The notes: a model not told the origin generated them from the letters alone. 64,000 nucleotides of DNA from Narcine bancroftii (GCF_036971445.1 NC_091473.1:205282001-205346000), one strand, 5' to 3'; positions 1-12,590 are shown, numbered from the stretch's first letter. Made by a program: numbers and translations.

Positions 1-620
1 TTATGTTGGTTTTCATAAATCAGAGTATTGAATACAGAAGTTGAGATGTTATGTTGAAATGTGTCAAACATTGGTGAGGCCAAATTTGGAATATTGGGTG
101 CAGTATTGGTCGCCGAATCATAGGAAAAATATAGAGATAGTGCAGAGGAGGTTTACGAGAATTTTACCATGGTTTCATGGGTGGAGTTACAGGGAAAGGT
201 TGAGTAGGCTGGGAGTTTATTCCCTAGAGCATAGAAGATTGAGGGTTGATTTGATAGAAATAATCAAAATTATATGGGGTTAAGAAGGAATCAATGTGGA
301 TATGCTTTTTACATTGTGAGTGGGGGAGATTCAAGCGAGAGGGCATGGATTGAGAGTAAAATGTATAAGGTGAGGGAAACATGAGGGGGAATTTCTTCAT
401 GCAGAGGGTGGATTGGGTATGGAATTTCTTCCAGCAGAAGTTGCAGAAGCGAGATCATTGTTAATATTTAAGGATAAGTTGGACAACTTTATGAACGGAA
501 GAGGTGTGGAGGGTTGTGGACCGAATGTGGGAGAGTGGAAGATGGGAAAAGATGTTCGGCAAGGACTAGTATGGCCAAACTGGCCTGTTTCTGTACTGTA
601 AATGGTTATATGGTTAAATG
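1..620 (+). mobile_element. CR1-type LINE, 3' end of ORF2 and tail (degenerate)
   Basis: ORF 41-283 reads LVRPNLEYWVQYWSP..VQRRFTRILP..SYRERLSRLGVYSLEHRRLRVDLIE, the typical CR1 ORF2 C-terminus. Paralogous to 45682-46310. Confidence 0.9.
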
Positions 621-1400
621 CTAGGACAGCCTTGTGCAGATAAATGCTGTGATGTCTTTTTCTAGTGACAGCTCACGGCCTTGCAGGAGCACCTTCCGCA
701 TACTATCATCACAAATGCTAGAGACCATACTGGTTTTAGTTACTTACAAAGAATGCCGGACTCGCAGCGTTTTGCCCTGATTTTCAAATCGCCGATATCT
801 GAGTGTATCGACTTGCTAGGCTTTTGATATCTTATGTTAGATTTGTGCTTTTCCATTGTCATATTTTTCTGACGGTTGGACATTTCTCTAAATTTATGAT
901 TTAAACATTCGGAGTCCTTTGTTGACTCACCCGGAGGGGGAAAGGTTTCCATCACGCATTTCACTCACATTTACAAATGATCTTTCCTTTTCAATGACAA
1001 AATTTACGCTGTGGTGCTAACAGGAATGCCACAGTGTGCTTCCACTATAAATATGTCATATTTCTGTTCACAAACTGTGCCAGTTGTTTGCCACTGTTCA
1101 ATCAAACGCGACTGGGCTGAGCCTTCTGAATCCGTCCGCCATCATGCTGACTGTGCAAAACGTGGTTGTGGTTATTCACTGCGGCTATGATTGGAAGTTT
1201 TCAGGCTTGGGACACTTTTGTTCCCACTATTTTCGTTATTGAATGATTAAAAACGAGTCCAGTCGGCTTGTGAGGCAAACCAGACATAAGGCTTTACTGA
1301 ACACAACCAAATGTGCTGGACATGCTCTCACACGCGCAGTGTACTGTTGCGAATACCGTGGCTGCAATGAGATTTCATTGAGTGCAGAGCAAAAGATGGC

Positions 1401-1600
1401 CTAGTCTCCATCTGAGGTGTGCCTGCCTTCTGCTACATCCAGCATCCTAGACATGAGCTGAGATATTTACTAAAATAATAAGCACTGGGGTGAAGACAAG
1501 TCTTTGAGTTTCCGGGACCGGTTTCTTCTGCTTATCAGAAATTAAGTTGTCCGTTTCCTCCAACTTCCTTGTCTCTGCGCCATGTAGCCATCTTGACGAT
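1401..1600 (+). pseudogene. TCR alpha/delta V relic, subfamily A (internally deleted)
   Basis: agtctccatctgaggtg (SPSEV) is followed by tacatccagcatcctagacatg and aagcactggg..gaagacaag..ttccgggaccggttt, homologous to the V at 3434-3740. FR1/CDR1 is deleted and no RSS was seen. Confidence 0.75.
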
Positions 1601-2439
1601 GAAGTGTTTGTGGTTTTGGGTCAGGAACCTGCATTAATTATCAGAAAATTGAAGGGGGAGTGTTGACATAAAGAGGTGAATGGATTTGGTGGGACATGGT
1701 GTTATGGCTCTTGGGTATTCTATGTGAGTGCACTATGCGGATTGCAGCTCACATCAAAAGTGTTTCACACCTTATTTCAACACACTTTGCCCAAAGTACC
1801 AACGTCAACTTTCTCTTCACCAAACTCCTGCCATGCAGAGTTTTATGCAGTTTTCTGTGGGGTCATTGCTCTAGAATAAAGGATGAGCTGCATGTTTTTA
1901 CAAGCGCCTTACTTATTGGGTCCAATCCAAGGCTCGAATTAATTATTTCCGTCTGAAATTGCGGCAACTTACCCAATATAAATATGTCCGATTTTTAAAG
2001 AAAAACATTGCAGATCATAGCATGCATCGAACAATTATTTTACAACTTTGCAAAAAGAAGGGACTGAAATCCTTACATTAACAGGGCCCCGGTTAGAAAC
2101 GCTGGTTTTGTTTAGGATCGTGTGAGTTGGAGCATAATGCTTCGTTCGAGAGATGGTGGGATCGTGAAAGAAACAATGAGATATCAAGGCAAAGAGAGGG
2201 TGAGATCTTGCGAGAGAGAGACAGATGAACAGAAAGAGCCGGGAAAATAGTCAACGGACATAAAAGAAGAAAACATATAGACACATAGAGCATGGAAACA
2301 TTCCATACCTCTTAACGTATCCACGCCAATCAATGTGTCCCACCCACACAAACCCACTTTGCAATCGTATGTGCAATCAACTAATTCGGCATCCTGTTCT
2401 ACGCATCCACCACACTCTACACTTTTTTACCATTCACTA

Positions 2440-3240
2440 ACCTGTTAAATATCTCTTCTTTCACCCTGAGTGTATGGTTCCCAGTTTCCTTACTCTGAGG
2501 AAAAGACTGCATTTCCCCTGATGTATTCCTCTCCTGATTACGTGTACAACTGGAAAACATCGCTGACCATCCTGGGGTCAAATTAATAAAGTCATAGCCT
2601 CCCCCACCTCTCCATATAGCTCAAGCATCCGAGTCCTGGAACCATCCAGATAAATATTCTTTTCAACCTCTCGATATTGGCAACTTCTTTTCTATTACAC
2701 GGTGACCAAATCAGAGCACAACAATCCAAATAGGACCGCATTATCAAGTCATAAAGCTGCAAAATTACCTTCAAACATCTCTACTCATTACTGGAACCGA
2801 TGCAGGCAAATTGGCGGAGAGCCTTGAGACGAGCATATCTACCAGTGTAGTGATACACATTATCTGTGCACCTCTGTCCAGCCATATTTATCGGATTCCT
2901 GCCATTCGCTCTATAGGTCATGACCACGTTGGATCTCCCAGACACAACAGCTGACTATTCTGAAATAAATTCAAAAACTATTCAACTTCCGACCAGCCCA
3001 ATCTGTGAAAATTCCACTGCAATCTTTTTCAAACTTCTTCACAATCTAAAATGCCTTACACGTCAGTTTCATACGAAAATTTGATCATCCTGCCACGAAC
3101 ATTTTAATCCAAATCATTGGAATAGATGTCAAATTGGATTAGTCCCAGTACGAAAGCCAACATATGAATTTCATCACCTGTGAGAGATTGCAAACTGTTA
3201 TATCTAACAGCCAATTTCAGACTGGAAGAACACCACTGGG
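2440..3240 (-). mobile_element. Old CR1 LINE remnant carried in the V cassette
   Basis: ORF 2592-2774(-) LYDLIMRSYLDCCALIWSPCNRKEVANIERLKRIF..GLGCLSYMER is a CR1 ORF2 C-terminus. Homologous remnants lie at about 15100-15760, 17550-18270, 22330-22950, 48420-49220, 56800-57450 and 59020-59580. Confidence 0.8.
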
Positions 3241-3297
3241 CAAGAGGTTGCGACTGATACGTGTAGTATCAGACTTCAAATGCGCGGCATTTACAGC

Positions 3298-3740
3298 ATG
3301 AAATCTCTATGCTCATTCCCGTTTGTTTTGGAACGTCCTTGTTTCCTGGTAAGTTCCCGTTGAAATGAATCTATTGCGTCCTGTGACTGTGGTTCACTTT
3401 CAAGCTTATCAAAGTCTCTATGTTGTGTTGCAGGGGCCTTTGGCGGCGAATCTATCTCCCAGTCTCCATTTGAGGCGTGGGTGGAAGAAGGACGAACAAT
3501 AACACTAAACTGCAGCTACCCCTCAAAGTTCAATGGCTATGATGCCTTTTGGTACATCCAGTATCCTGGACATGCGCCGACATATGTACTAAAAATATTA
3601 AGCACTGGGTTCGAAGACAAGGCTTCAGAATTCCCCGATCGGTTTTTTGTGACTTATCAGAAAACAAGCCGAATCGTTCCTTTAACTATCTCCAGCGTCG
3701 TTGTCTCCGACTCGGCCGTGTATCTCTGCGGAATGTCGCC
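3298..3740 (+). CDS. TCR alpha/delta V gene segment, subfamily A; open V exon (3434-3740) but leader damaged by a 40-nt deletion (ORF/possible pseudogene)
   Basis: V exon after ttgcag(3433): AFGGESISQSPFEAWVEEGRTITLNCSY..WYIQYPGHAP..LTISSVVVSDSAVYLCGMSP, with Cys23, Trp41 and Cys104. Donor gtaag at 3349. ATG 3298 is out of phase; ATG 3309 gives the in-phase leader MLIPVCFGTSLFP. Confidence 0.85.
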
Positions 3741-3779
3741 CACATTGTAGCATAAAGGGAGAAAATCCGTTCAATAACA
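3741..3779 (+). other. 23-RSS (recombination signal sequence)
   Basis: CACATTG + 23-nt spacer + TCAATAACA immediately after CGMSP. Confidence 0.85.
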
Positions 3780-5429
3780 CTCCCTCGTAGAGATCATGAG
3801 CTGTCAGAACGTGGCGCCATTACCTCCGCGAACAATCAGACGTGGCTGCTGACAAATACGATTCTGTTGCACAAGCAAAAGCGAAATAAACACCTCGTAG
3901 AATTCAAAGGGCCAGTAGCTTCTATGAAGTCGAGTGTTTGTTCTCTTGGGTCTGGAAGCTGCATCAACTTTCAGAATATAGAAAGGAGCGTGCCGACATA
4001 AAGAGGCGAAAAGATGGGATGGGACAGGTTATTTCAGGTTCTTGGATGCATCAGGCGAAGGCAATATGCGGACCGAAACTCACATCCAATGTGTTGCGCA
4101 CCTTATTTCTACACTCTTTTGTACAATGTACCGTGCATTCTCCACAATTTCAACGTTCTCTTCCCCAGTAACTTTCTCGCCAATATCCTACCAACCAGAA
4201 TTTCAATTGGGTCATTCCTCTTGAATAGGTGTTGAGCTGTCTTATGTATAGCCTCCATCCGAAGGGTTACATAATTATTTCCTTCCAAACTTGAAGCCAA
4301 GTAAGCGAGTCTAAATGCATCCAATATTTAAAGAGTCCGTGTTGTCCGAAATGTGAAGAAATTTAACATCACAAATGCACACCGAGGTTATTGGATCAGG
4401 ATGTTTCGAGGGGGTTTGTGCTCTCTGCCACTTTACCACGACAGTGTGCAGTGGGAGCTTTTAGCACGTTGGGTCTCCACACAACTTTGCATTTCATAGC
4501 ATTGATCGAACATTCATATGAGAACTTCGGAAAAAATGCACATGCTAAAGCGTTCTGGTATGAAACGCTGGTTATATTCTTTTACTTCTGATGGAGGCCA
4601 CGTGACGTTCTGAGTTTATTTCGAACACTAAAACCACAGAGTCTGGAATCGTAACTGTGTAACACTGAAATCAATTGAATTTTGCAAGAAATATGCTTCA
4701 TATGATATCACAGAAGAATGCACTGAAAACAGGAAGTACAAGAGCCGTACAGACCCTGAAATAAGAGAGAAATTCTGGAATTATAAAGCAATATATACTG
4801 TGAGGGGAGGGTAGAGTCAGTGAATGAGTGCATGAGAGAGAGAGAGAGTAAAAGCGAGATAAAACGGATAAATATATCGAGAAGGAGAGGGGGATGTAAA
4901 AAGGGAATACATTATAGAATTTCTGATGAACAATTTTGTTAACATCGAGAGAGAGTTGGGACATAAGATTTCCTTCGAGAAATATCTGAAAAGAGGAGAC
5001 AAAAATCAGCCAAAAAGAGCAACAAATGGGTGGGAGTTTGCGGGGGCGAGAAAGTGGCATGGAGGCAGATGGGCCAACAGAGGTGGAGAAACAATCAAAA
5101 CACATAAAGTAATCAAACATACAAAGACATAGTGCGTGGAAATAATCCATCAAATTATCCACGTCCTTCAAACTCTCCCACTCACAAATCCCACCTTCTA
5201 GTGTTTGGCGGATGTCCTTCTAATCCCAACCCTTTATCCGTCTATTTTTCTACAATATTGCTTTCGAATATAGAACAACCACCACTTCAGAAGCCTGTTC
5301 TAGACACCTTCCACACTTCCTTAATAACCCGTTACATCTCTCTTCCCTTTCTTTAAACGTGTGCTTACCAATTGGAACGTCGAGTAACTGTTGGTGTCTA
5401 CCCAGGTTGGGTCGGCATTAAACTCTATT

Positions 5430-5770
5430 ATGATCCTATTGTCCTAATGAACATTTCAAAGTTCCCCTCTGAGTTTTTCCTTTAACAACTCCTGCAGAAA
5501 CACTAGTTTTGTTTCACTTCCAGCTACTACAATACTACAATTTTTGCGCTTTGTGGCACGAGCATGCAGCGATAATTCGATGTTGAAGAATTGTTTGAGC
5601 TGATGCGAGAAGAATATCGAGCTGTAACACTGAATGGCAGTTACTCGGAGGCAGTGAGTGATGACACTGTCATTTACTACATCCCATGATTCAAAGGAGA
5701 TTTGAAATAGTTGAAAAGTCTTGTGAAGATATTCAGCACTGGATCGGCAGAGAGATCTCTAGATTCTGGT
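5430..5770 (+). pseudogene. TCR V relic, subfamily B, truncated by CR1
   Basis: Translates as ELMREEYRAVTLNGSYSEAVSDDTVIYYIP*..KIFSTGSAERSLDS. Leader-like relic with mutated donor (ctgagt) at about 5470. CR1 begins at about 5770. Confidence 0.7.
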
Positions 5771-8490
5771 ACTCGCCAATGATTGGAAAGGCCGTACTGG
5801 ATATAATTCAAGTTGTGGATCTCGAGGTGGATGAGCACATTGGTGAAAGTACCCACAACTCCCTGGGCTTTAGCATAGTTATGGACAAAGAAAAGATCAG
5901 ACAAAATAGAAACGTTCAATTGGGTAAGGGTTAATTAGGTTGGGTTGAGGAAGCCATTTGCGGAAGTAAATCGGAAAGAAACGTTCAAAGGTGAAAGTAC
6001 AGAATTACCTGTAATAGGTTCAGTACAGGTTTGTCCCAATGAGAGTAAAGAGGAGTAAAAAAGATCCGAGTTTGATGAAATATGTGAGGTAGCTAGTCGG
6101 GAGGAGGAAGGAAGCAGGCATTAGATACAGGAATCAGGAAGGTCTCATGAGAAGTAGATGTTAGCCTGGAATGAACTTAAGAAAAGGGTTGGAGAGCTCG
6201 AAGGGCGCATGACAAGGCTTTGGCATGTAGGATTGAAGAGAACCCAAGGCGTTGTATGCGTATATGAAGCACAGAAGGATGACGACCATGAACGTGGGGG
6301 CCGCTAAAAGATAAAGGAGGTAACATGTGCCTGGAGGCGGAGGAAGTTGAGAATGTCCTATATCAATGGTTCCCGACTTTTTAATTTCCACTCACGTACC
6401 ACTTTAAGTAATCCCTATGGCATAGGTGCTCTGGGATTAGTGAGGGAGTGTATAATGTGGAATGTGGGTGGGAAGAAAATATTTGAAAACCGCTGTTTTA
6501 ATCGTACCTCATTGAGTCGTTATGTGCAAGATTTCATAACTCCAAAGGATAATGACAATTTTTCTCAAGTAAAATATTTCAGTTACAATTGCGTCGAGAG
6601 CAGTGATTCTCAACCTTCCCTTCCCAGTCACATACCACTTTAAGCGATCCCTTACTAATCACAGAGCACTTATGGCAGAGGGATTACCTAAAGTAGTATG
6701 TCAGTGGAAAGAAAAAGATCGAGAACCACTGTCCTAAATGAATAATTTGCTCCAGTATTCACAAGATTTAAAAAAAACAGGGTCAGGGTCAGGGTCTGGT
6801 CGCAATTGAACCAGTCTGTATTCTGGAGAATGTTGAGATTAAGGAAGAGGAGGTGCTAGATCGTCTTAAAAACATTAAAATTATTAAATCCCCCACACCG
6901 CTTGCGATATACCTCATTTGCTATGGGAATCAAGGAAAGAGATAGCCGAGGCAGTGGCTTTGATCTTCGAGTCGTCTTTGGCTACAGGGTATGTGCCGGA
7001 GGATTGGAGATTGGCAAATGATGTCGCCTTGTTTAAAAAAAGGTAATAGGGAGAATCCTGGGAATTATAGATTAGTTATTCTTACGTTAGTGGTTTGCAA
7101 ACTATTATCGAGGATTCTTAAGGATAAGATCCATAACAATTTTGATAGTACAGTCTACTCAGGGATAGTCCACATGGCTTTGTGAAGAGAAGGTCACGCC
7201 TCTCTATTATAATTGAGATTTTTGAGGATGTAACAAAGGCATTGATCAGTGCAGTGCGGTAGGTGTGGTCCATATGCATCATAGTAAGGTGTTTATGAAG
7301 GGCCCTCATAAGAAACTTGTTCAGAAAGCCATTTGCTGTGTGGATAAAACAATGGGATTACATGTAAAAAGCAGAGAGTGCTGGATAAAGGAATGTATTC
7401 TGCTTGGAGGCCAGTGACCAGTACAGTTCTGCAAGGATCTGTTCTGGGACATTTGTTTTATTGTGATCTTTATAAATGACCTGGATGCAAAAGCAGAAGG
7501 ATGAGTCAGTAAGTTTGCAGATGATATGAAGGTTGGAGTTGTAGAGGGTGCCGAAGGTTGTCATGGGTAGCAAAACTATATAAACAGGTCGGCAGAAAAG
7601 TGGCAGATAGAGTTCAATCAAATATTTGCAAGGTAATTCATTTTGGAAGGACAAACCAGAAGAATGAATATAAGGTTAATGGTCGGCTACCTATGAGTAT
7701 AAATGAACAGAGGGACCTTGTCATCTAAATACACCCCAGGGTCATTGCGCAGGTTTATAGGATAGTTGGGAATGCCAATGGTATGTTGCTCTTCATTAAT
7801 ATGGGACTAAGGTCGGGATTCGAGAGGTCACACTTGGAGTATTATGTCCAGTTCTGGTAACCTCTTTGTAGGAAGGAGGTGTAAGCTATGGAGGCGATGC
7901 AGAGGAGATTTATCAGGTTGTGGCCTGGATTGGAAAATAAATGTTATGAGGCAAAATTAACAGATCTGTTACACTTCGCTTTGGAGCATAGAAGAATGAG
8001 AGGAGTCAATAGAGATCTACAATATTATGAGAATCATAGATAAGGTGGACAGCCAGAACCCTTTCCCCAGGACAGGAATAGCAGGCACCAGAGGACATAT
8101 TTTCATAGTGAACGGAGACAAGTTTAAGTGAATCATCTGACGTAGGACTTTTAAACACAGAATTGTGGGTGCGTGGAAATCCTTTCTCGGGATCGTGCTG
8201 AAGTCTGAAACATTGGGTGCATTTAGGAGACTCTTAAACAGGTACATGGGTGAAAGAAATATAGGTTATGGGGTGGTGTGGGGTTTCGCAGCTTTTTAAA
8301 TAATGAATATAGGCGTCAGCACAACGTTGAGGTTCTAAATGCCTGTACTGTGCAGTACTATTAAATGTTCTATTGTCAATGTTCATGAATATTGCCCACT
8401 CCCACTGGCGCGTTAGTATTTTTTTTTAAAGAATATATGGGGAGGCACAACATAGAGGGTCAGAGGGCCTGTATTATGCTGTCATGTTAT
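5770..8490 (+). mobile_element. CR1 LINE, ORF2 fragments (degenerate)
   Basis: Motifs DWQM..CLKKGNRENPGNYRLVILTLVVCKLL (6991), QGSVLG, KFADDMK and a CR1 C-terminus. Interrupted by a MITE at 6364-6731. Confidence 0.9.
6364..6731. mobile_element. hAT (Charlie-like) MITE with long internal inverted arms
   Basis: Termini caatggttcccgac...gagaaccactg. 8-bp TSD tcctatat (6356-6363) / tcctaaat (6732-6739). 6364-6495 is approximately the reverse complement of 6601-6731. Confidence 0.85.
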
Positions 8491-11400
8491 ATGTTCTGTT
8501 CTATTTTATTCTGCGGTCAAATTTTATGCCGTTTACGATTCAAATAATTGGCACATCTCTTCAACTCTCTCAGTGACCCTTACGTTTCATTGCAGATTTT
8601 TTCTTTATGCAACGAGACACATACTGGAGCGGAGGAGCAGCGGATCCTAATTGAGACCACGGATAGTTCAATCGGGCTCTCACCAAAGGGGGCATTTGCT
8701 ACATTAAACGGGTGTTCATATGCAAATCATTTTCATAGGAATGAGCATAAAAAAGTTGTAAACGTTTTTATATTTAAGTCCTTCAATATTCCCCACAAGC
8801 TAAATACCCGGTCCTATTGAACACCCCCCGCTTCCATTCTGACCACCAGAGTGATCATGGGGAAAAACATGAAAGTTTGTAGGCGCTGTGACTGTGGTAA
8901 ATACACACTGTTTATTTTGATTATTTCATGAATAAAGGCTCGGAAATATATCTTTGTTTTTTTTATATGAATGCTGGAAAGCTCGGCTGAGTTTCTACAG
9001 AATTTTGATGTATTTTTACCAGAAGGATCAACAATGTCCAACGGGCGTCTATATTTGGAAAATGATTGAATGACATCATTCTACTGATCGAATTTCTTTC
9101 TCAATCAGGAGACGAGAGTTCATGATTCCACATACCTCTCCTTTAACCAATCATCGATTTATAATACGTCAGATATTTTGGGGTACAAATTATCTCGTGC
9201 CTGTTGTGAATTTCTGAGCAAGGGTAATTGAGAGACAATGGCATACATTACACACCCACCCATCCCCACCCCACACACAGGAATATTNNNNNNNNNNNNN
9301 NNNNNNNNNNNNNNNNNNNNNNNNNNNNNNNNNNNNNNNNNNNNNNNNNNNNNNNNNNNNNNNNNNNNNNNNNNNNNNNNNNNNNNNNNNNNNNNNNNNN
9401 NNNNNNNNNNNNNNNNNNNNNNNNNNNNNNNNNNNNNNNNNNNNNNNNNNNNNNNNNNNNNNNNNNNNNNNNNNNNNNNNNNNNNNNNNNNNNNNNNNNN
9501 NNNNNNNNGATCATCCGCTATTGCTCTAAAAGTTTGTTTGTTCCACTTCATGTAATAAAAGGATCGATGGATGTACAGAATGTACCGATCCACTTAGGTT
9601 CGCTGTCAGTAGTAGCCGTCGCTTGTCTTAATGTTGACCCCTCACATCAACGATCTCGCTAAGTTATTTCGCTTCGATGTTTGCAGATATATTGTCCATC
9701 CAATCCGCTGTTTGTCAGTTGTTGGTGCATCAGAGTAGTAGGGTGATTGATTGGCATTTGTACTGTTGCCTTTGGTTTGGCAGATGTTATTTATACTCAC
9801 CCCTGAAGTACTATGTGGTGCAGATTTAAGATTACTCCACCTTTCGTATTGCTATCTGCAAGCAGGAATTGTAGAATTGAAGTCATTATAAATATTAATA
9901 TTGAAGATGAAAATCTCTGCCATACTGCTTTTGTGGAATGGGGCCGCCAGGACTGAATGGACTTTGAAGTAACCAGAAAAGAAGCCTTTAGATGGAGTAC
10001 TGTCAGTAGCAGCATTGGCGGGCGAAATGGGATAAAGGATTCTGGAAGTGCATACCTTCTGTGGCAGGCAATAAGGTCAAAGATACAAAATACGAAGGCA
10101 CTAATGCACGTTATTATGGTTATGGAGGGGGCTAAAGGCTTTGATCAGGCTGAAAAGCATTAGGCTGCTGGCAATATGTTTTTTTTTGCATTGGATGTTA
10201 TGCGATGGGACTGTATCGAAAGCCAAGTAGGTGGGGACAAAATGCATAATTATAGTCATCAGTACAGTGGCATCCTATAACGTTGAAGGCATGAGTTTAA
10301 GTTAGATGCTGCCATTCATTAAGAATATGAAATGCTGTTCGTGGAGGTAGGGCTACTTACAATTTGCTTTTTAAACGATTAATGAAGAAGTGTCTAATAA
10401 AATAATCTTTCTGCATAAACGATTTCAATACATGAAATTAAAACATGTTTCATTACATATTCTCTTGTCTGCAATTTCAATCAGTCAAGTAAACAACGAA
10501 AGTTAAGAAGAATTAAAATATTTTCTCGCCACAGGGCAGTCATGTCAAGGTTACCTGCGAGCAGAATGTTTCATGGCATCCTCAGACCGATCGGCAACCT
10601 CTGTGTTGTTTATTGCATATCTTCACATGTGAATTCAATCTAAACCCAAGTTTCATCTGAAACCGAATGATACACACTCCTTAAAGCCGAGACATCAAAT
10701 CTAATGGGCTCATGCTGAATAAGGCAATGATCAATGATTCGGTTATCCTTTTCATTGAGAAACATAGAAACGTTATCGGGATATGACGTGTCTTTACAAA
10801 ACAAAATAATATAAAAGGAGTTCCAATGAGGAACAAATAAACTACAGCCCCTGGTATTTTTTATAGTGCGCAAAGAGAAATCGGGGTGACCCAGGGAGTC
10901 AGGCAGCATGCATGGACAGAAATGGTCAACAAACACATCAGATCATAGCTCTTTGCACTGAATCTATTATTGGTTCCGATCAGTCAGTTTCACTGCCCAT
11001 TGTAATGGACTGATGTGTATAAATCGCTGAGTTCCTTCAGCTGTCTCTGTTTACTCCATAGTTCCCAGGACCGCCCAATAGAGTGCGATCTCGTTATCGG
11101 AGATGCAAGATAGAGGCAAGGATGCTTTGCATCTGCTCCGCTATTCCACATATAATGGTTGATAACGGACGTCATTTTAATATTCAACATCAATTATTAA
11201 ACTCGAATATTAGGCCCGAGTCCACTACTTTGTTGACGTCATTCTTGATCACTATAGTCAGAAAATTAACCGAAGCCGATGGACAGTGGTCCAAGTATTT
11301 GCAACTCTTCAAGCCGTCTCCAGTTCGAATTATTGGGTATATTTCTCATCCACCACTTGGTTACAGGCTTAACAACACGATGTCATATCCACTTAATCAT

Positions 11401-11717
11401 TCACACAAGTGAGTATTGGAACGTTTCCCCACTCTATCACATTCTGCTTCATTGACGGTTTGGAAGAAGTACTTCCCATCTAACTCAATTGGAACATCAT
11501 GAAATTGCAAACAAACAAACTTTGAGTTGATTGGTGAAATGGAGGAACAAATGAGGAACAGGTGGGGGAGGGGGAGGAGAGCTTTGTGCTGAGCGGATGT
11601 CACACTGCCAATCACGAAAGAGAACAGATTTCACAGCTCGTTTTTTCGTGAATTGAATTTTTAAAAATTCTGAGTCAGGTCGATTCAGGTCAAATTCACC
11701 CGAGACGCAACGGAGCT

Positions 11718-12551
11718 ATGTTATCTCTGTATACTTATTGGCTTCTTATAGCAGTTGCCCTTTACACCGGTAAGCTTATTGCATTTACAATATTCCGCTT
11801 TATTCCATTACTTCAACGGATATTTAATTAGTGAATTTCATCCATAAACCGAAAAATTCGAAATAAGGAGAAAAACTCAGAATCGTGAATCCAGTTCTTT
11901 GGCGAGCAATGTCCGAGAGGTTAAGAGAATATTCATGCCAATTTAAGCAGACTTTCTGCTCTCCTTTAGGAATGGTAACACTGATACGACACTCATGTCA
12001 GGCTGGCGATTATCCTCCTGTTCCTAAGACTTAAGGTTAACGTGAAGGAATGGGCTGGATATTATGGAAAGGAAGTTTCATTAATTTCCTCCATGTCGCT
12101 ACCTTCTCTTGAAGCGTCATTTCATTTCTATAATTCGTTTTAATTTCAGACGAGTATCGCGGATGGTAGCAGTTCTAGAAAATGTGCGCAGTTAGATGAT
12201 ATTGGTGGAATTGGTAGATTCATGTTCTCCTCGGAATATTTCAGGACATTGTCGAGGCGACGCCGTGTCTCAGACACCAAGTACGATCACAGTGACTGAA
12301 GGAATGGACGCGAATTTGAACTGCAACTATACAACGACAAGCACAAGCACCGTTGGATTAATATGGTACCGCATGTATCCAGGAAGATCACTCGACTTTT
12401 TGTTGATTAGAAGGCAATATGACAGTGGGGGAAAACAAATTCCCGGTGAACGTTTCTCGGCGGAGCTCGATCATTCGAAGGGAATGGTTCCTCTGAAAAT
12501 TACTGCAACGCAGCTGGGAGACGCCGCAATGTATTATTGTGCTCTGAGCCC
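11718..12551 (+). CDS. Intact TCR alpha/delta V gene segment (distinct subfamily 'C'); leader 11718-11769, V exon 12245-12551
   Basis: Leader MLSLYTYWLLIAVALYT-G with gtaag donor (phase 1) and acceptor tttcag at 12244. V exon GHCRGDAVSQTPSTITVTEGMDANLNCNY..LIWYRMYPGRSLDFLL..RFSAELDHSKGMVPLKITATQLGDAAMYYCALSP has no stops. Confidence 0.92.
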
Positions 12552-12590
12552 CACAGAGGTACGGAACTGGGCTGAGACTGTACAACAACT
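12552..12590 (+). other. 23-RSS
   Basis: CACAGAG + 23-nt spacer + ACAACAACT. Confidence 0.88.

Larger units (their letters stand above)
1..10624 (+). repeat. Segmental duplication, copy A (paralog of 45682-64000)
   Basis: Colinear anchors: 1 vs 45682, 3261 vs 50688, 6364 vs 53035, 9509 vs 62861, 10624 vs 64000. Both copies share the same V genes, CR1s and MITE. Confidence 0.95.

Noticed and set aside
9159-9662. ORFs spanning N runs (also at about 23600-24200, 26260, 31370, 37700, 49970, 55720, 58230 and 62540)
   Set aside because: Artefacts of assembly gaps and adjacent microsatellites.
9797-10015. 72-aa minus-strand ORF preserved in both duplicates (also 63174-63392)
   Set aside because: Explained by recent duplication. 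No splice or domain support; an overlapping frame has an NDFN motif suggesting an old LINE endonuclease remnant.
11234-11241. Perfect CRE TGACGTCA about 480 nt upstream of the subfamily C leader (and AP-1 TGAGTCA at 11671)
   Set aside because: Plausible but single short motifs, with no paralog in the window to test conservation.
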